Shown here: positions 12,900 through 24,159 of the stretch, one piece after another
How positions within the stretch are numbered: the first letter of the stretch is position 1
Layout: the number at the start of each line of letters is the position of its first letter
The notes under the pieces: model-generated
Database searches by the model: none
Seen by the model: the letters and a program-made list of their open reading frames with translations, nothing else
What the model was told of the DNA's origin: nothing
DNA from: an uncultured Alphaproteobacteria bacterium
Lineage (GTDB): Bacteria > Pseudomonadota > Alphaproteobacteria > Rhizobiales > Beijerinckiaceae
Length of the DNA stretch: 64,000 nt
Assembly: GCA_963730555.1 (NCBI GenBank)
Contig: CAVSSS010000013.1
Location: 87,695-151,694, forward strand
Direction: 5' to 3'
Program-made: the position numbers and the translations under genes

Positions 12900-12957
12900 G
12901 CGGGTCCATAGCCCGTCGAAAGACGGGCGTCCTTCCGGCCGCCCTTTGGACCGCGCC
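12896..12957. repeat. GTAG-type REP-like hairpin carrying the 44-bp module (12906-12949)
   Basis: GTAG then GGCG-GGTCCA...TGGACC-GCGCC stem; the enclosed sequence matches the module in copies A and B. Confidence 0.75.
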
Positions 12958-13069
12958 GGCCGCGCTCAACGAGCGCGGCTACAATGCGGGCGCGGCTGCA
13001 ATCGCAAGTGATTGTGCGCCGCAGCAGACTGTGAAAGGGTCTTCGAGCCGTCACAAACCCCCGGAAGCC

Positions 13070-16000
13070 ATGTCGATCCGAGCCGCCATCCACCATCTCA
13101 CGCACTACAAATACGACCGCGCTGTGTCCCTCGGCCCGCAGATCATCCGGCTCAGGCCCGCGCCCCACAGCCGCACCCGGGTCATCTCGCATTCGCTGAA
13201 GGTTTCGCCTGCGAACCATTTCGTGAACCACCAGCAGGATCCGTACGGCAATTGGCTCGCGCGCTACGTCTTCCCGGAACTCGTCAACGAACTGAAGATC
13301 GAAGTCGACGTCGTCGCCGACATGACGGTCTACAATCCGTTCGATTTCTTCGTCGAGGAGAGCGCCGAGACCTGGCCGTTCGAATATCCCGAGGACCTGC
13401 GCCCCGATCTCGTCATCTACCGCACGCCCGAGCACACTGGACCTCGGCTTCAAGCCTTCTTGAGCGGGATCGATCGCACGCCCAGGCGCACGGTCGATTT
13501 CGTGGTCGACCTCAATCGCCGGCTTGCCGGCGAGGTCGCCTATGTCATCCGCATGGAGCCGGGCGTGCAGAACCCGGAGGAGACGTTCGAGCGCGGTTCG
13601 GGCTCGTGCCGCAATTCGAGCTGGCTTCTGGTGCAGATTTTCCGCCACCTCGGCTTAGCCGCACGGTTCGTGTCCGGCTATCTCATTCAGCTCAAGCCCG
13701 ATCTCGTCGCGCTCGACGGGCCGCCCGGCACAGACCACGACTTCACCGATCTCCATGCCTGGGCCGAGGTCTATCTACCCGGCGCCGGCTGGATCGGGCT
13801 CGATCCGACCTCGGGCCTGCTGGCCGCGGAAAGCCACATTCCGCTGGCGGCGACGCCGCACTATCGCAACGCCGCGCCGATTTCGGGTGTCGCGAGTTTC
13901 GCCAATGTCGATTTCAATTTCGACATGCGGGTCGAGCGCGTCTCCGAACATCCGCGCATCACCAAGCCGTTTTCCGAGGATGCCTGGAAGGCGCTCGACG
14001 CCCTCGGCGAAGAGGTCGACAAGAAACTCATTGCCGACGACGTTCGGCTGACGATGGGCGGCGAGCCGACCTTTGTCTCCATTGACGACTTTGAATCGGG
14101 CGAATGGAACGCGGACGCGGTCGGCCCGACCAAGCGCGCGCTCGCCGACCGGCTGATCCGGCGCCTTCGCGATCGTTTCGCCCCGGGCGGCTTCCTGCAT
14201 TACGGCCAGGGCAAATGGTATCCGGGCGAGTCCCTGCCGCGCTGGACCTTTTCGCTCTACTGGCGGCGCGACCTGAAGCCAATCTGGCTTGACCCCGAGA
14301 GCATCGCGACGGAAGGAGAGCAAACCGGCGCCACCAACGCGCAGGCGCAGGCGCTCATCGGCGCGATCGCCTCCGAGCTTAGTGTCGCGCCCGACTATGT
14401 CGCGCCGGCCTACGAGGACCCGGCCGAGTGGCTGGTGAAAGAAGCCAACCTGCCCCCGAACGTCTCGCCGGAGAATTCCGAGCTCAAGGATCCCGAGGCG
14501 CGCCACCGCATCGCCCGCGTGTTCTCACGCGGATTGACCGAGCCTTCCGGCTATGTGCTCCCGGTCCAGCGCTGGCAGGCGAAGGCCGAGGGGTTAGGCT
14601 GGCGCAGCGAAAAATGGAAAACCCGCCGCGGCGCCCTGCACCTCGTCCCGGGCGACAGCCCGGTCGGCTACCGTCTCCCGCTTGGCGCCCTTCCTCATGT
14701 TCCGCCCTCCTCCTTCCCCTATGTCGTTGAGGCCGACCCGACCGAGCCGCGCGGGCCTTTGCCGGACTTCCACGACGCCCGGGAGCGCGCGCAGCCGGTC
14801 GCCTCATTCGCCGCGGCGGAAGGGGCTGCGCAGGAGCGCGTCGAGCAGAGGCTCGGGGACATCGACGGCGCCGTCCGCACTGCTGTGACTGTCGAGGCGC
14901 GCGACGGACGCCTCTGCGTCTTTCTGCCGCCGGTCGAGCGTCTCGAGGATTATCTCGAGCTGGTCGCAGCGGCCGAAGCGGCTGCGGAAAAAATCGGGCT
15001 CAAAGTGCAGATCGAGGGCTATCCGCCCCCAGTCGATCCGCGCCTCAACGTTATTCGCGTCGCGCCGGACCCGGGCGTGATCGAGGTCAACATCCACCCT
15101 GCGTCGAGCTGGCGCGAATGTGTCGCAACGACCGACGCGATCTACGTGGAGGCGCGACTGTCCCGCCTCGGCGCCGACAAGTTCATGATCGACGGCAAGC
15201 ATGCGGGGACCGGCGGCGGCAATCACGTCGTGGTTGGCGGCCAGACTCCGCTCGAGAGTCCTTTCCTGCGGCGGCCCGACCTGCTCAAGAGCCTCATCAT
15301 CTATTGGCTCAGGCGCCCGAGCTTGAGCTACCTCTTCTCCGGCCTGTTCATTGGTCCGACCAGCCAGGCGCCGCGCGTCGACGAAGCGCGCCACGACAGC
15401 CTTTACGAACTGGAGATCGCGCTTAGCCAAATCCCGAAGCCCGGAGACCGCGACGCGCCGCGGCCGTGGCTGCTCGATCGCCTGTTGCGCAACCTTCTCA
15501 CCGACGTCACCGGCAACACGCACCGGGCGGAAATCTGCATCGACAAGCTCTATTCGCCCGACGGGCCGACCGGCCGCCTTGGCCTCGTCGAGTTCCGGGC
15601 TTTCGAGATGCCGCCGGACGCGCGCATGAGCCTCGCTCAGCAGCTCTTGATCCGGGCGATTCTCTCCCGGCTGTGGCGCGATCCGCTGGGCGGCCCGCTG
15701 CCGCGCTGGGGCGCATCGCTGCACGACCGGTTCATGCTGCCGCATTTCGTGTGGGAGGATTTTCTCAACGTCCTCGCCGACCTCAAGGCGCATGGGCTTC
15801 CGTTCCGCTCCGACTGGTACGAGGCGCAGGCCGAGTTCCGCTTTCCATTCTGCGGCGAGGTCGAATACGAGGGCGTCCAGCTCGAGCTTCGTCAGGCGCT
15901 CGAGCCCTGGCACGTGCTGGGCGAAACCGGCGCGATCGGCGGCACCGCGCGCTATACCGACAGTTCGACCGAGCGCCTGCAGGTGAAGCTCACGACCTCC

Positions 16001-16390
16001 TATCCCGAGCGCTACATCGTCGCTTGCAACCGCCGCCGCGTTCCGTTGCAGGGAACCGCGACGAACGGCGTCGCGGTGGGCGCGGTGCGCTACAAAGCCT
16101 GGAAGCCGGCGTCGGCGATGCACCCGACCATCCCGGTCCATGCGCCTTTGGTCTTTGACATTTTCGACGCCTGGAGCGGACGCGCGCTTGGCGGCTGCGT
16201 CTATCACGTGGCCCACCCAGGCGGCCGCAGCTACGACACCTTTCCGGTCAACAGCAATGAGGCGGAAGCGCGCCGCCTTGCGCGCTTCGAGGCGCGCGGC
16301 CATACGCCCGGCGCTTACGAACCACCGCCAGAGACGCCGCACCCGGAGTTTCCGCTGACGCTGGACCTGAGGCGGCCGGCGGGGGTGTAA
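13070..16390 (+). CDS. large transglutaminase/DUF2126-type protein
   Basis: transglutaminase GSCRxS and [15 protein letters not shown] motifs, then LTMGGEPTF and GTGGGNH in the C-terminal amidoligase-like domain. Confidence 0.92.
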   Translation: MSIRAAIHHLTHYKYDRAVSLGPQIIRLRPAPHSRTRVISHSLKVSPANHFVNHQQDPYGNWLARYVFPELVNELKIEVDVVADMTVYNPFDFFVEESAETWPFEYPEDLRPDLVIYRTPEHTGPRLQAFLSGIDRTPRRTVDFVVDLNRRLAGEVAYVIRMEPGVQNPEETFERGSGSCRNSSWLLVQIFRHLGLAARFVSGYLIQLKPDLVALDGPPGTDHDFTDLHAWAEVYLPGAGWIGLDPTSGLLAAESHIPLAATPHYRNAAPISGVASFANVDFNFDMRVERVSEHPRITKPFSEDAWKALDALGEEVDKKLIADDVRLTMGGEPTFVSIDDFESGEWNADAVGPTKRALADRLIRRLRDRFAPGGFLHYGQGKWYPGESLPRWTFSLYWRRDLKPIWLDPESIATEGEQTGATNAQAQALIGAIASELSVAPDYVAPAYEDPAEWLVKEANLPPNVSPENSELKDPEARHRIARVFSRGLTEPSGYVLPVQRWQAKAEGLGWRSEKWKTRRGALHLVPGDSPVGYRLPLGALPHVPPSSFPYVVEADPTEPRGPLPDFHDARERAQPVASFAAAEGAAQERVEQRLGDIDGAVRTAVTVEARDGRLCVFLPPVERLEDYLELVAAAEAAAEKIGLKVQIEGYPPPVDPRLNVIRVAPDPGVIEVNIHPASSWRECVATTDAIYVEARLSRLGADKFMIDGKHAGTGGGNHVVVGGQTPLESPFLRRPDLLKSLIIYWLRRPSLSYLFSGLFIGPTSQAPRVDEARHDSLYELEIALSQIPKPGDRDAPRPWLLDRLLRNLLTDVTGNTHRAEICIDKLYSPDGPTGRLGLVEFRAFEMPPDARMSLAQQLLIRAILSRLWRDPLGGPLPRWGASLHDRFMLPHFVWEDFLNVLADLKAHGLPFRSDWYEAQAEFRFPFCGEVEYEGVQLELRQALEPWHVLGETGAIGGTARYTDSSTERLQVKLTTSYPERYIVACNRRRVPLQGTATNGVAVGAVRYKAWKPASAMHPTIPVHAPLVFDIFDAWSGRALGGCVYHVAHPGGRSYDTFPVNSNEAEARRLARFEARGHTPGAYEPPPETPHPEFPLTLDLRRPAGV

Positions 16391-16731
16391 GCGCAAAGGC
16401 CGAATTCCCTGGTATCAGGGTAAAAAAGGGGGCTTCGCCTGATTTTTCGGCTGAACGGGGGATTTAATTAGCGTAAAATCGCCAGAATACGGATTTTTGG
16501 CGGGTGGGTCTCCCGAAACGAAAACGGTAACGCATCCATATTTATGTTATTGACGACCGCCGCCAAGGCGATCGCCTAACAAGGAAACATGCAACCATCA
16601 GTGTAATACCAGAACGGGGGCGCGAACATACGCGGACCACTGAGGGTGATCGACACGTATTCGCTTCGTACTTGCACTAGAACCGACGCACGAGGTAGAT
16701 TGATCGTTGAGAGGCCAGTTACGGCACCGCG

Positions 16732-17595
16732 ATGACCGACGATAATCCCCCAACTCCCGAAGTTAAAGATTTTACAGAGCAGTCGGAGATTAAGAACGCC
16801 AGCGCGAGTTGGGTATCGGCGGCGTTTAGATTATTAGGCTGGCCGTTCAGAATGTTGTTTAGAGTTCTTATAATATTGATAACCGTTTTTGCTATTACAA
16901 TGTTTACTGGGTTTGTAGTTATTGTTACTTCGCTCGTTATAGAAATCTTCCTAAGTATATTCGATTTGATATTTAGATTGGAATTAGCTGATGATTTAAA
17001 TAGCTGGGCGCAACGACTATACGAATACTGGCTTGGTCTAATACAACAGATCGCAACCGATGTTTGGTCGCGGTTGTGGCGTGGTCTAACAGTTCCGGAT
17101 GGACTGCTCTACTTATCAAGCTCAGCGAAGAAGTTTCTAAATTCGGCACCGAACTAACTAGGTCAATAATTCTTTTAGTATTATTCATTTCCTGTGGCAC
17201 TGTAATCTACCATCAGCGTCTTGTCCGAAGAGTGGAATTATGCAATCATCGAGATTTTAGTGGCTATAGTGGCAATGTGGATCGCAATTAACGGAATGTC
17301 AGGCGGTAATTTTAGTCTTCCGTATTTTATATCTCTGTTCTCCGGCTTTTATATAATGGTGAGAGGTCTACAAAATCTTGATGACGGTTTGAAAGAGAGA
17401 AGGGAAATGGAACTTGCAAATGGAATAGTTGACGGCCCGGCTCATGGGTGGGTCGACTTATGGGAAGCATTGTTCTATGGCTCTTACGGAACGAAAAGAC
17501 TCGAAGTGCGGTTAAAGGCCAGTATCACCGCCATGGAGAAGACCTCACTAAAGAAGATCGCCACACTATTGAAATCTATTTTAGAAGAAAATTAA
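16732..17595 (+). pseudogene. low-GC multi-TM membrane protein split over three frames
   Basis: overlapping hydrophobic ORFs 16732-17157, 17064-17291 and 17221-17595; AT-rich relative to flanks. Confidence 0.5.
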
Positions 17596-17965
17596 AAAAC
17601 GTGGCTTCTTAAGACAGTTATAGCGCAGTGCATGGTTGTAGTACGACCGGAGAATGCTTGTCAGGTGTCGACATGGTAGAAGGTATATCTGGTCCTTAAG
17701 CATATCACTTAGCGTAATAAAAAAATATTGTACTTGCATATGTACTCGTAATTTTATTACGGTACGCTAAGTACGCGAAATATATAATTATCTGATCTGA
17801 TAGTATAATTACGCGTACTTGACACAACAGCGGGTGAGCGAAGCTCAAGGGAAACGGAGAGAGCCGCGACTCCCGAACAACTCGGAAATGGCGCCGCAAG
17901 CAGTTGCAATTGCTCAAAATGGGCTCGGAAATGGCGGGCGCTCCGGCTCGCTCTCGACAGCCCTT

Positions 17966-18793
17966 TTAGCCCTTATCCGCGAACGCTGCGGTGATGTCAT
18001 TCATGGTCGGCAGGTTGGCGAAGGCGTCGAACCGGCCGTTGTCCGCGATGTCTTTCGCCGCCCGGATGAACCCGCCCCAGGCGGCGCGGGCGAGCGCTCC
18101 GCCGACGCTGATGCGCTTGACGCCGAGATCCTCGAGCTCGCGCTTGGTGAAGCCCGGCCAGCCGGCGAGCACATTGACCGGCAGCTTTCCAGCGACGCGC
18201 ACGACCTCCGAGACCTCAGCCGGCGTCTTGACCAACGGCGCGTAAAGCACGTCCGCGCCCGCTTCGGCGTAAGCGGCAAGTCGGCGCAAAGCCTCGGGCA
18301 GACCGCCAGCCTGACGCAGGATCGCCTCACTGCGCGCGGTGAGCAGGACCTTTTCGCCGCTGGCGCTGATTGCGGCGCGCGCCGCGCGCAACCGGTCGAC
18401 CGCTTCGGTTACGCTGTAGAGCGGCGCGCCCGGATTGCCGGTGTAGTCTTCAATAGAAAAGCCCGACACGCCCGCGCCTATGCAAAGCCGCGCGCTCTCG
18501 TGGACGCCTTCAGCGTCGCGGGCGAAGCCAGCCTCGAAATCAGCGTTGAGCGGCAAATCCGTCGCTTCGGCAAGATCACGGAGGTGGCTCAGCACGAAGG
18601 CCCGATCGACGGCGCCGTCGCCCTTTCCGGCCGCGAACGCCATGCCGGCGCTGGTGCTGGCAAGCGCTGGGAAGCCGAGAGAAGCAAGGTATTTTGCCGA
18701 GCCAACGTCGAACGGATTGGGAATCACGAAGCAGCCTGGAGAGGCATGGAGTTCGGCGAAGCGGGCGCGCTTTTCTGCAGTCGTTGGCATCAT
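17966..18793 (-). CDS. isocitrate lyase/PEP mutase family protein
   Basis: ALASTSAG, ADFEAGF, SIED and AGADVLYAP motifs. Confidence 0.9.
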   Translation of the reverse strand: MMPTTAEKRARFAELHASPGCFVIPNPFDVGSAKYLASLGFPALASTSAGMAFAAGKGDGAVDRAFVLSHLRDLAEATDLPLNADFEAGFARDAEGVHESARLCIGAGVSGFSIEDYTGNPGAPLYSVTEAVDRLRAARAAISASGEKVLLTARSEAILRQAGGLPEALRRLAAYAEAGADVLYAPLVKTPAEVSEVVRVAGKLPVNVLAGWPGFTKRELEDLGVKRISVGGALARAAWGGFIRAAKDIADNGRFDAFANLPTMNDITAAFADKG

Positions 18794-19494
18794 CCATTCC
18801 CCTTCGGCATGAGATCGGAAAGCTTAAGCTTCTGACGGCCCTTCTCATCGAAATTGTCAGGGGCGAGCCAGCGCTCATAAGCCGCCTCACGCGCCGGCCA
18901 CTGCCCATCGAGCATCGCAAACCACGCCGTGTCCCGGTTGCGGCCCTTGACGATCATGTGCTGGCGGAAAATCCCCTCAAAGGTGAAGCCGAAGCGCTCC
19001 GCAGCGCGACGCGACGGCGCGTTGAGCGCGTTGCACTTCCATTCGTAGCGGCGGTTGCCAAGCTCTTCGAACACATAACGCGCAAACAGGTATTGCGCCT
19101 CGGTCGCCCCGGCCGTCCGCTGCATCGCCGGGGTGTACATGATGTTGCCGACCTCGATGACGCGATTGGGCGGATCGATGCGCAGAAACGTTTGATAGCC
19201 GACCGCTCGCCCCGAAGCATTGTCGATAACGGCGAAGAACAGCGGATCGGCAGAGCGAGCCTTGGCCTCGATATTGGCGCGAAATTCATCGAGGCTGCGG
19301 TAAGGCCCATCGAACAGATAGGTCCATACGGATTCCCGACCCGCGTCGCCGTTCGAACCTTCGAAGAGCGCCTTCGCGTGCGCGTTCGCGTCGAGCGGCG
19401 TGAGTGTGATCCACCGCCCTTCGAGCGTGACCCGCTCCGGCCGCCTGGCCGGATGCGAGTCGACCAAGGGGCCGATGGGCAGGGTGGCGGACAT
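18790..19494 (-). CDS. GNAT (RimJ/RimL-like) acetyltransferase
   Basis: RRYEWKCNALNAPSRRAAERFGF and RNRDTAWF motifs. Confidence 0.9.
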   Translation of the reverse strand: MSATLPIGPLVDSHPARRPERVTLEGRWITLTPLDANAHAKALFEGSNGDAGRESVWTYLFDGPYRSLDEFRANIEAKARSADPLFFAVIDNASGRAVGYQTFLRIDPPNRVIEVGNIMYTPAMQRTAGATEAQYLFARYVFEELGNRRYEWKCNALNAPSRRAAERFGFTFEGIFRQHMIVKGRNRDTAWFAMLDGQWPAREAAYERWLAPDNFDEKGRQKLKLSDLMPKGNG

Positions 19495-19550
19495 GCCTTC
19501 TCTCTTATGCGTTTCGACCAGCGGCGTCCTGACAAAAAAGCTCTGGCGCT

Positions 19551-19949
19551 TCAGCGGGCCCTGACGTCAGTTTGTGCAAAATCGTCGCCTTTGAATAGCA
19601 ACGCCGCGCCGTGAGATTTCGCGCAGGCGTAGGACAAACAGTCGGCAAAATTGAGCCGAGCGGGATGTCGGCCTTTTCCATATTGCTCAAAGCAGGCCAC
19701 GGCTGCGGCGCCCACGACGGAATCAATGGGCGCTTCCTCGATATCGGCGGTTAGAAGAAATCTCTCAAACTGTCTCTCCGCTTCACGTGGCGAGAGCTTC
19801 AACCGCGTTCCGAGAACGATGCAAGTTTCCAGACGCACGACGGCCGACGTCAGTCTCGTTTCGGCCGCCTCAATCGCTTGTGAGAACTGACCCCAATTCA
19901 ACTCTTTCAAGAGGATCGCCACAAAGACCGACGTGTCAACGAAGATCAC
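19551..19949 (-). CDS. vapC: VapC PIN-domain toxin
   Basis: FVDTS and GKGRHPARLNFADCLSYA motifs; GTGA overlap with the antitoxin stop. Confidence 0.92.
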   Translation of the reverse strand: MIFVDTSVFVAILLKELNWGQFSQAIEAAETRLTSAVVRLETCIVLGTRLKLSPREAERQFERFLLTADIEEAPIDSVVGAAAVACFEQYGKGRHPARLNFADCLSYACAKSHGAALLFKGDDFAQTDVRAR

Positions 19950-20185
19950 TGACCCCATAAGTCGTCGATCTCGTCCTTCGTCATGACGTGTCCGCCTGGC
20001 CGACCCATTGCGAGCGTTTCGTCAGCCAGCTTTTCGAGCCGGTCGACGAGGGGCGACTTTGCGCGCTCACGCTTCAGTTCGCTGCGCAGCGCATGAGCGA
20101 TCGCCTCGGTCATGTTGGTCTTGCGCAAGTTGGCGAGTTCGCGCGCAAGCTGGCCAACTTCGAGATCTCGGATGCTGATGCCCAT
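19946..20185 (-). CDS. vapB: VapB antitoxin
   Basis: ISIRD..LARELA..MTEAI..AL pattern directly upstream of vapC. Confidence 0.88.
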   Translation of the reverse strand: MGISIRDLEVGQLARELANLRKTNMTEAIAHALRSELKRERAKSPLVDRLEKLADETLAMGRPGGHVMTKDEIDDLWGQ

Positions 20186-20241
20186 GACGCGTTCCGTCTA
20201 TACAATAAACCAACACTGTATAGACGAAGGCCGCCGGCTCG

Positions 20242-22062
20242 TCAATGGTTGTCGCGCGGCACGCCCATGGTCTGGGCCAGACGCTGGTAATGGACGGCGG
20301 GCTTCAGCACCATGCCCTCGTCGAACTGCGCCACCATCTCGCGCTGGATCTGCTGCCATGGCGTCTGGCTCTTGGGATACGGGAATCCGCCGTTTTGGGC
20401 GAGCGTGGCGCGGCGTTCGTTCAGCTCCTCGTCCGAGATCAAGATGTTGGCGGTCCCCTTCCTGAGATCGATGCGCACCCGGTCGCCGGTCTTGATCAGC
20501 GACAATCCCCCTCCCGCTGCCGCCTCAGGCGAAGCGTTGAGGATCGAGGGCGAGCCGGACGTGCCCGATTGCCGGCCGTCGCCGACGCAGGGAAGCGCAT
20601 GCACGCCTTTTTTGAGGAGCGCCGCAGGCGGTTGCATGTTGACCACTTCCGCGCCGCCCGGATAGCCGATCGGCCCCGTGCCGCGAATGAACAAAATGCT
20701 GTGCTCGTCGATCTTGAGCTTCGGGTCGTCGATCCGGTGGTGATAGTCCTCAGGCCCTTCGAACACGATCGCCCGACCTTCGAAGGCGTCGGGGTCTCTC
20801 GGGTTGGAGAGGAAGCGGGCGCGGAACTCCTCGTCGATCACGCTCGTCTTCATGATCGCGTCGTTGAACAGATTGCCGCTCAGGACGACGAAGCCGGCGT
20901 TTTCCTTCAAAGGCTTGTCGATCGGCGCAATGACGTCGGGATCGTCCGAATGGATCTTGGCGCAATTTTCTCCCATCGTCTTGCCGTTGACGGTCAGCGC
21001 CTTCTCATGGATGAGCTTGCGCTTCATGAGTTCGTTGACGACCGCCGGAACGCCGCCAGCGCGGTGATACTCTTCGCCGAGGTATTTGCCGGCGGGCTGC
21101 ATGTTGACGAGCAGCGGCACCTTGTGCCCGATCGTCTCCCAATCCTCGATCGAGAGCGGCACCCCGATGTGGCGCGCGATGGCGTTGATATGAATCGGCG
21201 CGTTGGTCGAACCGCCAATGGCGCTGTTGACGACGATCGTGTTCTCGAACGCCTCGCGCGTCAGGATGTCCGACGGTTTCAGGTCCTCCCACACCATTTC
21301 GACGATACGCTGGCCGGTCCGATAGGCGATCTGGCCCCGCTCGCGATGGGGCGCTGGAATCGCCGCGCAGCCAGGCAGGCTCATGCCGAGGGCCTCGGCG
21401 AGCGAATTCATGGTCGAGGCCGTGCCCATCGTGTTGCAATGGCCGACCGAGGGAGCGGACGAGGTCACGATCTCCATGAATTCTTCGTAGTCGATCTTGC
21501 CCTCGGCGAGATCGGCGCGCGCTTGCCACACGACGGTGCCCGAGCCGCTGCGCTGGCCGTGATGCCAGCCATTCAGCATGGGCCCGCCGGAGAGGACGAT
21601 GGCGGGAATGTTGACAGTCGCCGCGGCCATGATGCAGGCCGGCGTCGTCTTGTCGCAGCCGGTCGTGAGCACGACGCCATCGATGAAGTAGCCCATCAGG
21701 ATTTCGACGAGGCCGAGATAGGCGAGATTGCGGTCCAACGCGGCCGTTGGCCGTTTTCCCGTCTCCTGAATCGGGTGCACGGGGAATTCAAACGCAAGGC
21801 CGCCGGCGGCCGTGATGCCGTCGCGTGTGCGCTTGGCGAGTTCGAGGTGATGGCGATTGCAGGGCGAAAGATCCGAGCCGGTCTGCGCGATGCCGATGAT
21901 CGGCTTGCCCGAGCGCAGCTCGCCAGGGGTCAGGCCGAAATTGAGGTAGCGCTCGATGTAGAGCGCCGTCATGCCAGGGTTGTCGGGGTTGTCGAACCAC
22001 TGCCGGGATCGCAACGCGCGCTTGCCGCCGCCGTTCGATTTGGTCGTGGATTTGTCGGCCAT
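20242..22062 (-). CDS. IlvD/Edd family sugar-acid dehydratase (XylD-like)
   Basis: [19 protein letters not shown] and DGRQSGT motifs; N-terminal RSRxWFDNP as in Caulobacter XylD. Confidence 0.92.
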   Translation of the reverse strand: MADKSTTKSNGGGKRALRSRQWFDNPDNPGMTALYIERYLNFGLTPGELRSGKPIIGIAQTGSDLSPCNRHHLELAKRTRDGITAAGGLAFEFPVHPIQETGKRPTAALDRNLAYLGLVEILMGYFIDGVVLTTGCDKTTPACIMAAATVNIPAIVLSGGPMLNGWHHGQRSGSGTVVWQARADLAEGKIDYEEFMEIVTSSAPSVGHCNTMGTASTMNSLAEALGMSLPGCAAIPAPHRERGQIAYRTGQRIVEMVWEDLKPSDILTREAFENTIVVNSAIGGSTNAPIHINAIARHIGVPLSIEDWETIGHKVPLLVNMQPAGKYLGEEYHRAGGVPAVVNELMKRKLIHEKALTVNGKTMGENCAKIHSDDPDVIAPIDKPLKENAGFVVLSGNLFNDAIMKTSVIDEEFRARFLSNPRDPDAFEGRAIVFEGPEDYHHRIDDPKLKIDEHSILFIRGTGPIGYPGGAEVVNMQPPAALLKKGVHALPCVGDGRQSGTSGSPSILNASPEAAAGGGLSLIKTGDRVRIDLRKGTANILISDEELNERRATLAQNGGFPYPKSQTPWQQIQREMVAQFDEGMVLKPAVHYQRLAQTMGVPRDNH

Positions 22063-22199
22063 TGCTCGCTTGCCTCCCTGGGCGCGTCATCGTCATCGCG
22101 CCAACGCTGTCATGCCAGTATGAACCAGGTGGCGGAGCGAATTCAATGTTTTGCTCGCACGAGCCGATTTATGCTCGTTGGCGCGGCTCGGGGCGCGCG

Positions 22200-22781
22200 C
22201 TACGTCGCGAGCGGCGACACGCCAAAAAGCCAAAGGTGCAGACCGCCGATCAGCAGCGCATAGGCGATCAGGCCCACGACGATGGCGCCGGCCGTGGCGC
22301 CGAGTTCAGGCACGGGATAGATGACGCCGTTTCGCCGGTCGCGGGCGTAAGCGCTTGCGAGGTCCGCAATCGACCAGATGAGAAAGGCGCCGAACAGCGC
22401 GACGTCCGCCGCCGAGCCGTTGGCGAAGAGGTGGCCTATGCTCCATAACAGCACCGACCACACCATTGGATGGTGGGTCCAGACCGCCGTATAGCTCCGC
22501 TTGAAGAGATAGCTCGCGAGCAGAATCAGCGCGACCAGCATCAGAAGCATCGTTATGTGCCGTGCGCCGGGCGAGGGCGTCCAAACCTGGGGAGCATCAT
22601 AGCGCGCTCGCGCGAAGCCCCAGACGAGGAGGACCAAGCCGATCGCTGAAAGAGCCGAATAGATCCCCTTCCAGGGGCCTTCGCCGAAGCGCGCGATTGC
22701 TCTATCGCGGCCGCTCTCAGAGACAATGCGGATCGAATGAAGACCGAGAAAGATGACGAGGCCGAGCACCAGAATCGCCAT
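22200..22781 (-). CDS. NnrU family membrane protein
   Basis: LGLVIFLGLHS, WKGIYS and HPM..W..GHL.ANG motifs. Confidence 0.88.
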   Translation of the reverse strand: MAILVLGLVIFLGLHSIRIVSESGRDRAIARFGEGPWKGIYSALSAIGLVLLVWGFARARYDAPQVWTPSPGARHITMLLMLVALILLASYLFKRSYTAVWTHHPMVWSVLLWSIGHLFANGSAADVALFGAFLIWSIADLASAYARDRRNGVIYPVPELGATAGAIVVGLIAYALLIGGLHLWLFGVSPLAT

Positions 22782-22914
22782 GACCGCCTCAAGACAGGAA
22801 TCGTTCGCCAGCTACGAAGGTTAGGCGCCCAATGACGACGAAGGCAAGACCGGCTCGCCCTTGCGCCATCACCGGCGGAGTTGCATGAAGGCGGCGCCTA
22901 GGGGGTGCGTGCAA

Positions 22915-23682
22915 ATGACCTGGTCCGCCGCCCAATACCTCAAATTCGAACATGAGCGGACCCGTCCTGTGCGCGACCTCGTGGCGCGAATTCCGCTTGC
23001 GCACGTCGAGAGCGTCGCCGACATTGGCTGCGGGCCTGGCAATTCGACCGAAGTCCTGCGCGAGCGTTACCCGGGCGCGCGCATCATCGGCCTCAACTCG
23101 TCGCCCGACATGATCGAGGCGGCGCGCAAGCGGCTTCCCGACATCGAATTCGAGGTCGCCGACATTCGTCAGTGGCGTCCAAAAGAGCCGCTCGACGTGA
23201 TTCTCGCCAACGCGGTGCTCCAATGGATTCCGGATCACGAGACGGTGTTGCCAGCGCTTATCGCCAGGCTCAAGCCGGGCGGAGCGCTCGCCGCGCAAAT
23301 GCCGGACAATCTCGACGAGCCGTCTCATCGGCTCATGGCCGAGGTCGCAAGCGACGGGCCTTGGGCGGCGAAGCTCAAGGACGCGGCGGCCGCACGCACA
23401 GAGCGTCATCTTGCGGACTGGTATTTTCGCTTGGCTCGCGCCCATGCGCCCCACGTCGACATCTGGCGCACGAGTTACTTTCATCCCCTCGCCGGCGCGA
23501 GCGCCATTGTCGAATGGCTGAAAGGAACCGGGCTTCGGCCGTTCCTCGACCCGCTCGAGGAGAGCGAGCGGCAAGCTTTCCTAGAGCGCTACGAGGGAAG
23601 AATCGCCAAAGCCTATCCGGCAGAGCCGGACGGGACCGTTCTTCTGCCGTTTCCCAGGCTGTTTGTGGTCGCCACGCGCTGA
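22915..23682 (+). CDS. tam: trans-aconitate 2-methyltransferase
   Basis: WSAAQYLKFEHERTRP, DIGCGPGNST and LPFPRLF motifs. Confidence 0.93.
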   Translation: MTWSAAQYLKFEHERTRPVRDLVARIPLAHVESVADIGCGPGNSTEVLRERYPGARIIGLNSSPDMIEAARKRLPDIEFEVADIRQWRPKEPLDVILANAVLQWIPDHETVLPALIARLKPGGALAAQMPDNLDEPSHRLMAEVASDGPWAAKLKDAAAARTERHLADWYFRLARAHAPHVDIWRTSYFHPLAGASAIVEWLKGTGLRPFLDPLEESERQAFLERYEGRIAKAYPAEPDGTVLLPFPRLFVVATR

Positions 23683-23776
23683 GGCAAACCTATTTGCGCC
23701 TTTGTTTCTGGTTATAGCGCGACTGGCGCCGTTGAGCCAAAGAAGTGGACGGCGTGCCAAAAGGAGGGAGAACGCC

Positions 23777-24097
23777 ATGCCAAAATATTTGGTGGAAGCG
23801 CATTTTACCACCGAAGGCGCAAAGGGGATCGCAAAGGAAGGCGGCACAGCGCGTCGGAAGGCGATCGCGAAGTTGATGGAGGGCGCCGGCGGCAAGCTTG
23901 AGTCTTATTATTTCGCCTTCGGCGGAGCCGACGCTTTCGTGATCGCTGATCTGCCGGACAACGTGACTGCTGCGGCGCTGTCGCTCGCGGTCAATAAGAG
24001 TGGCGCTGTCGCGACGAAGACCGTTGTGCTGCTCACGCCAGAAGAGATGGACCAAGCCTCCAAGAAGGTACTCGACTATCACGCCCCTGGGCATTGA
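23777..24097 (+). CDS. GYD-domain protein
   Basis: GGKLESYYFAFG..D and LLTPEEMD motifs; AGGAGG RBS. Confidence 0.8.
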   Translation: MPKYLVEAHFTTEGAKGIAKEGGTARRKAIAKLMEGAGGKLESYYFAFGGADAFVIADLPDNVTAAALSLAVNKSGAVATKTVVLLTPEEMDQASKKVLDYHAPGH

Positions 24098-24159
24098 GGC
24101 TCGAGCCGTCGCCGGCGCGCTTCCACCGCGCCGGCGCTTCATGCTATTGGGCCCCGTTA

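Noticed and set aside
12566-13069. N-terminal extension of the 1274-aa ORF
   Set aside because: It overlaps rluA and a repeat; the family-like sequence begins at MSIRAAIHH (13070).
19551-20185. vapBC as a novel defence system
   Set aside because: Ordinary type II toxin-antitoxin pair with canonical motifs.
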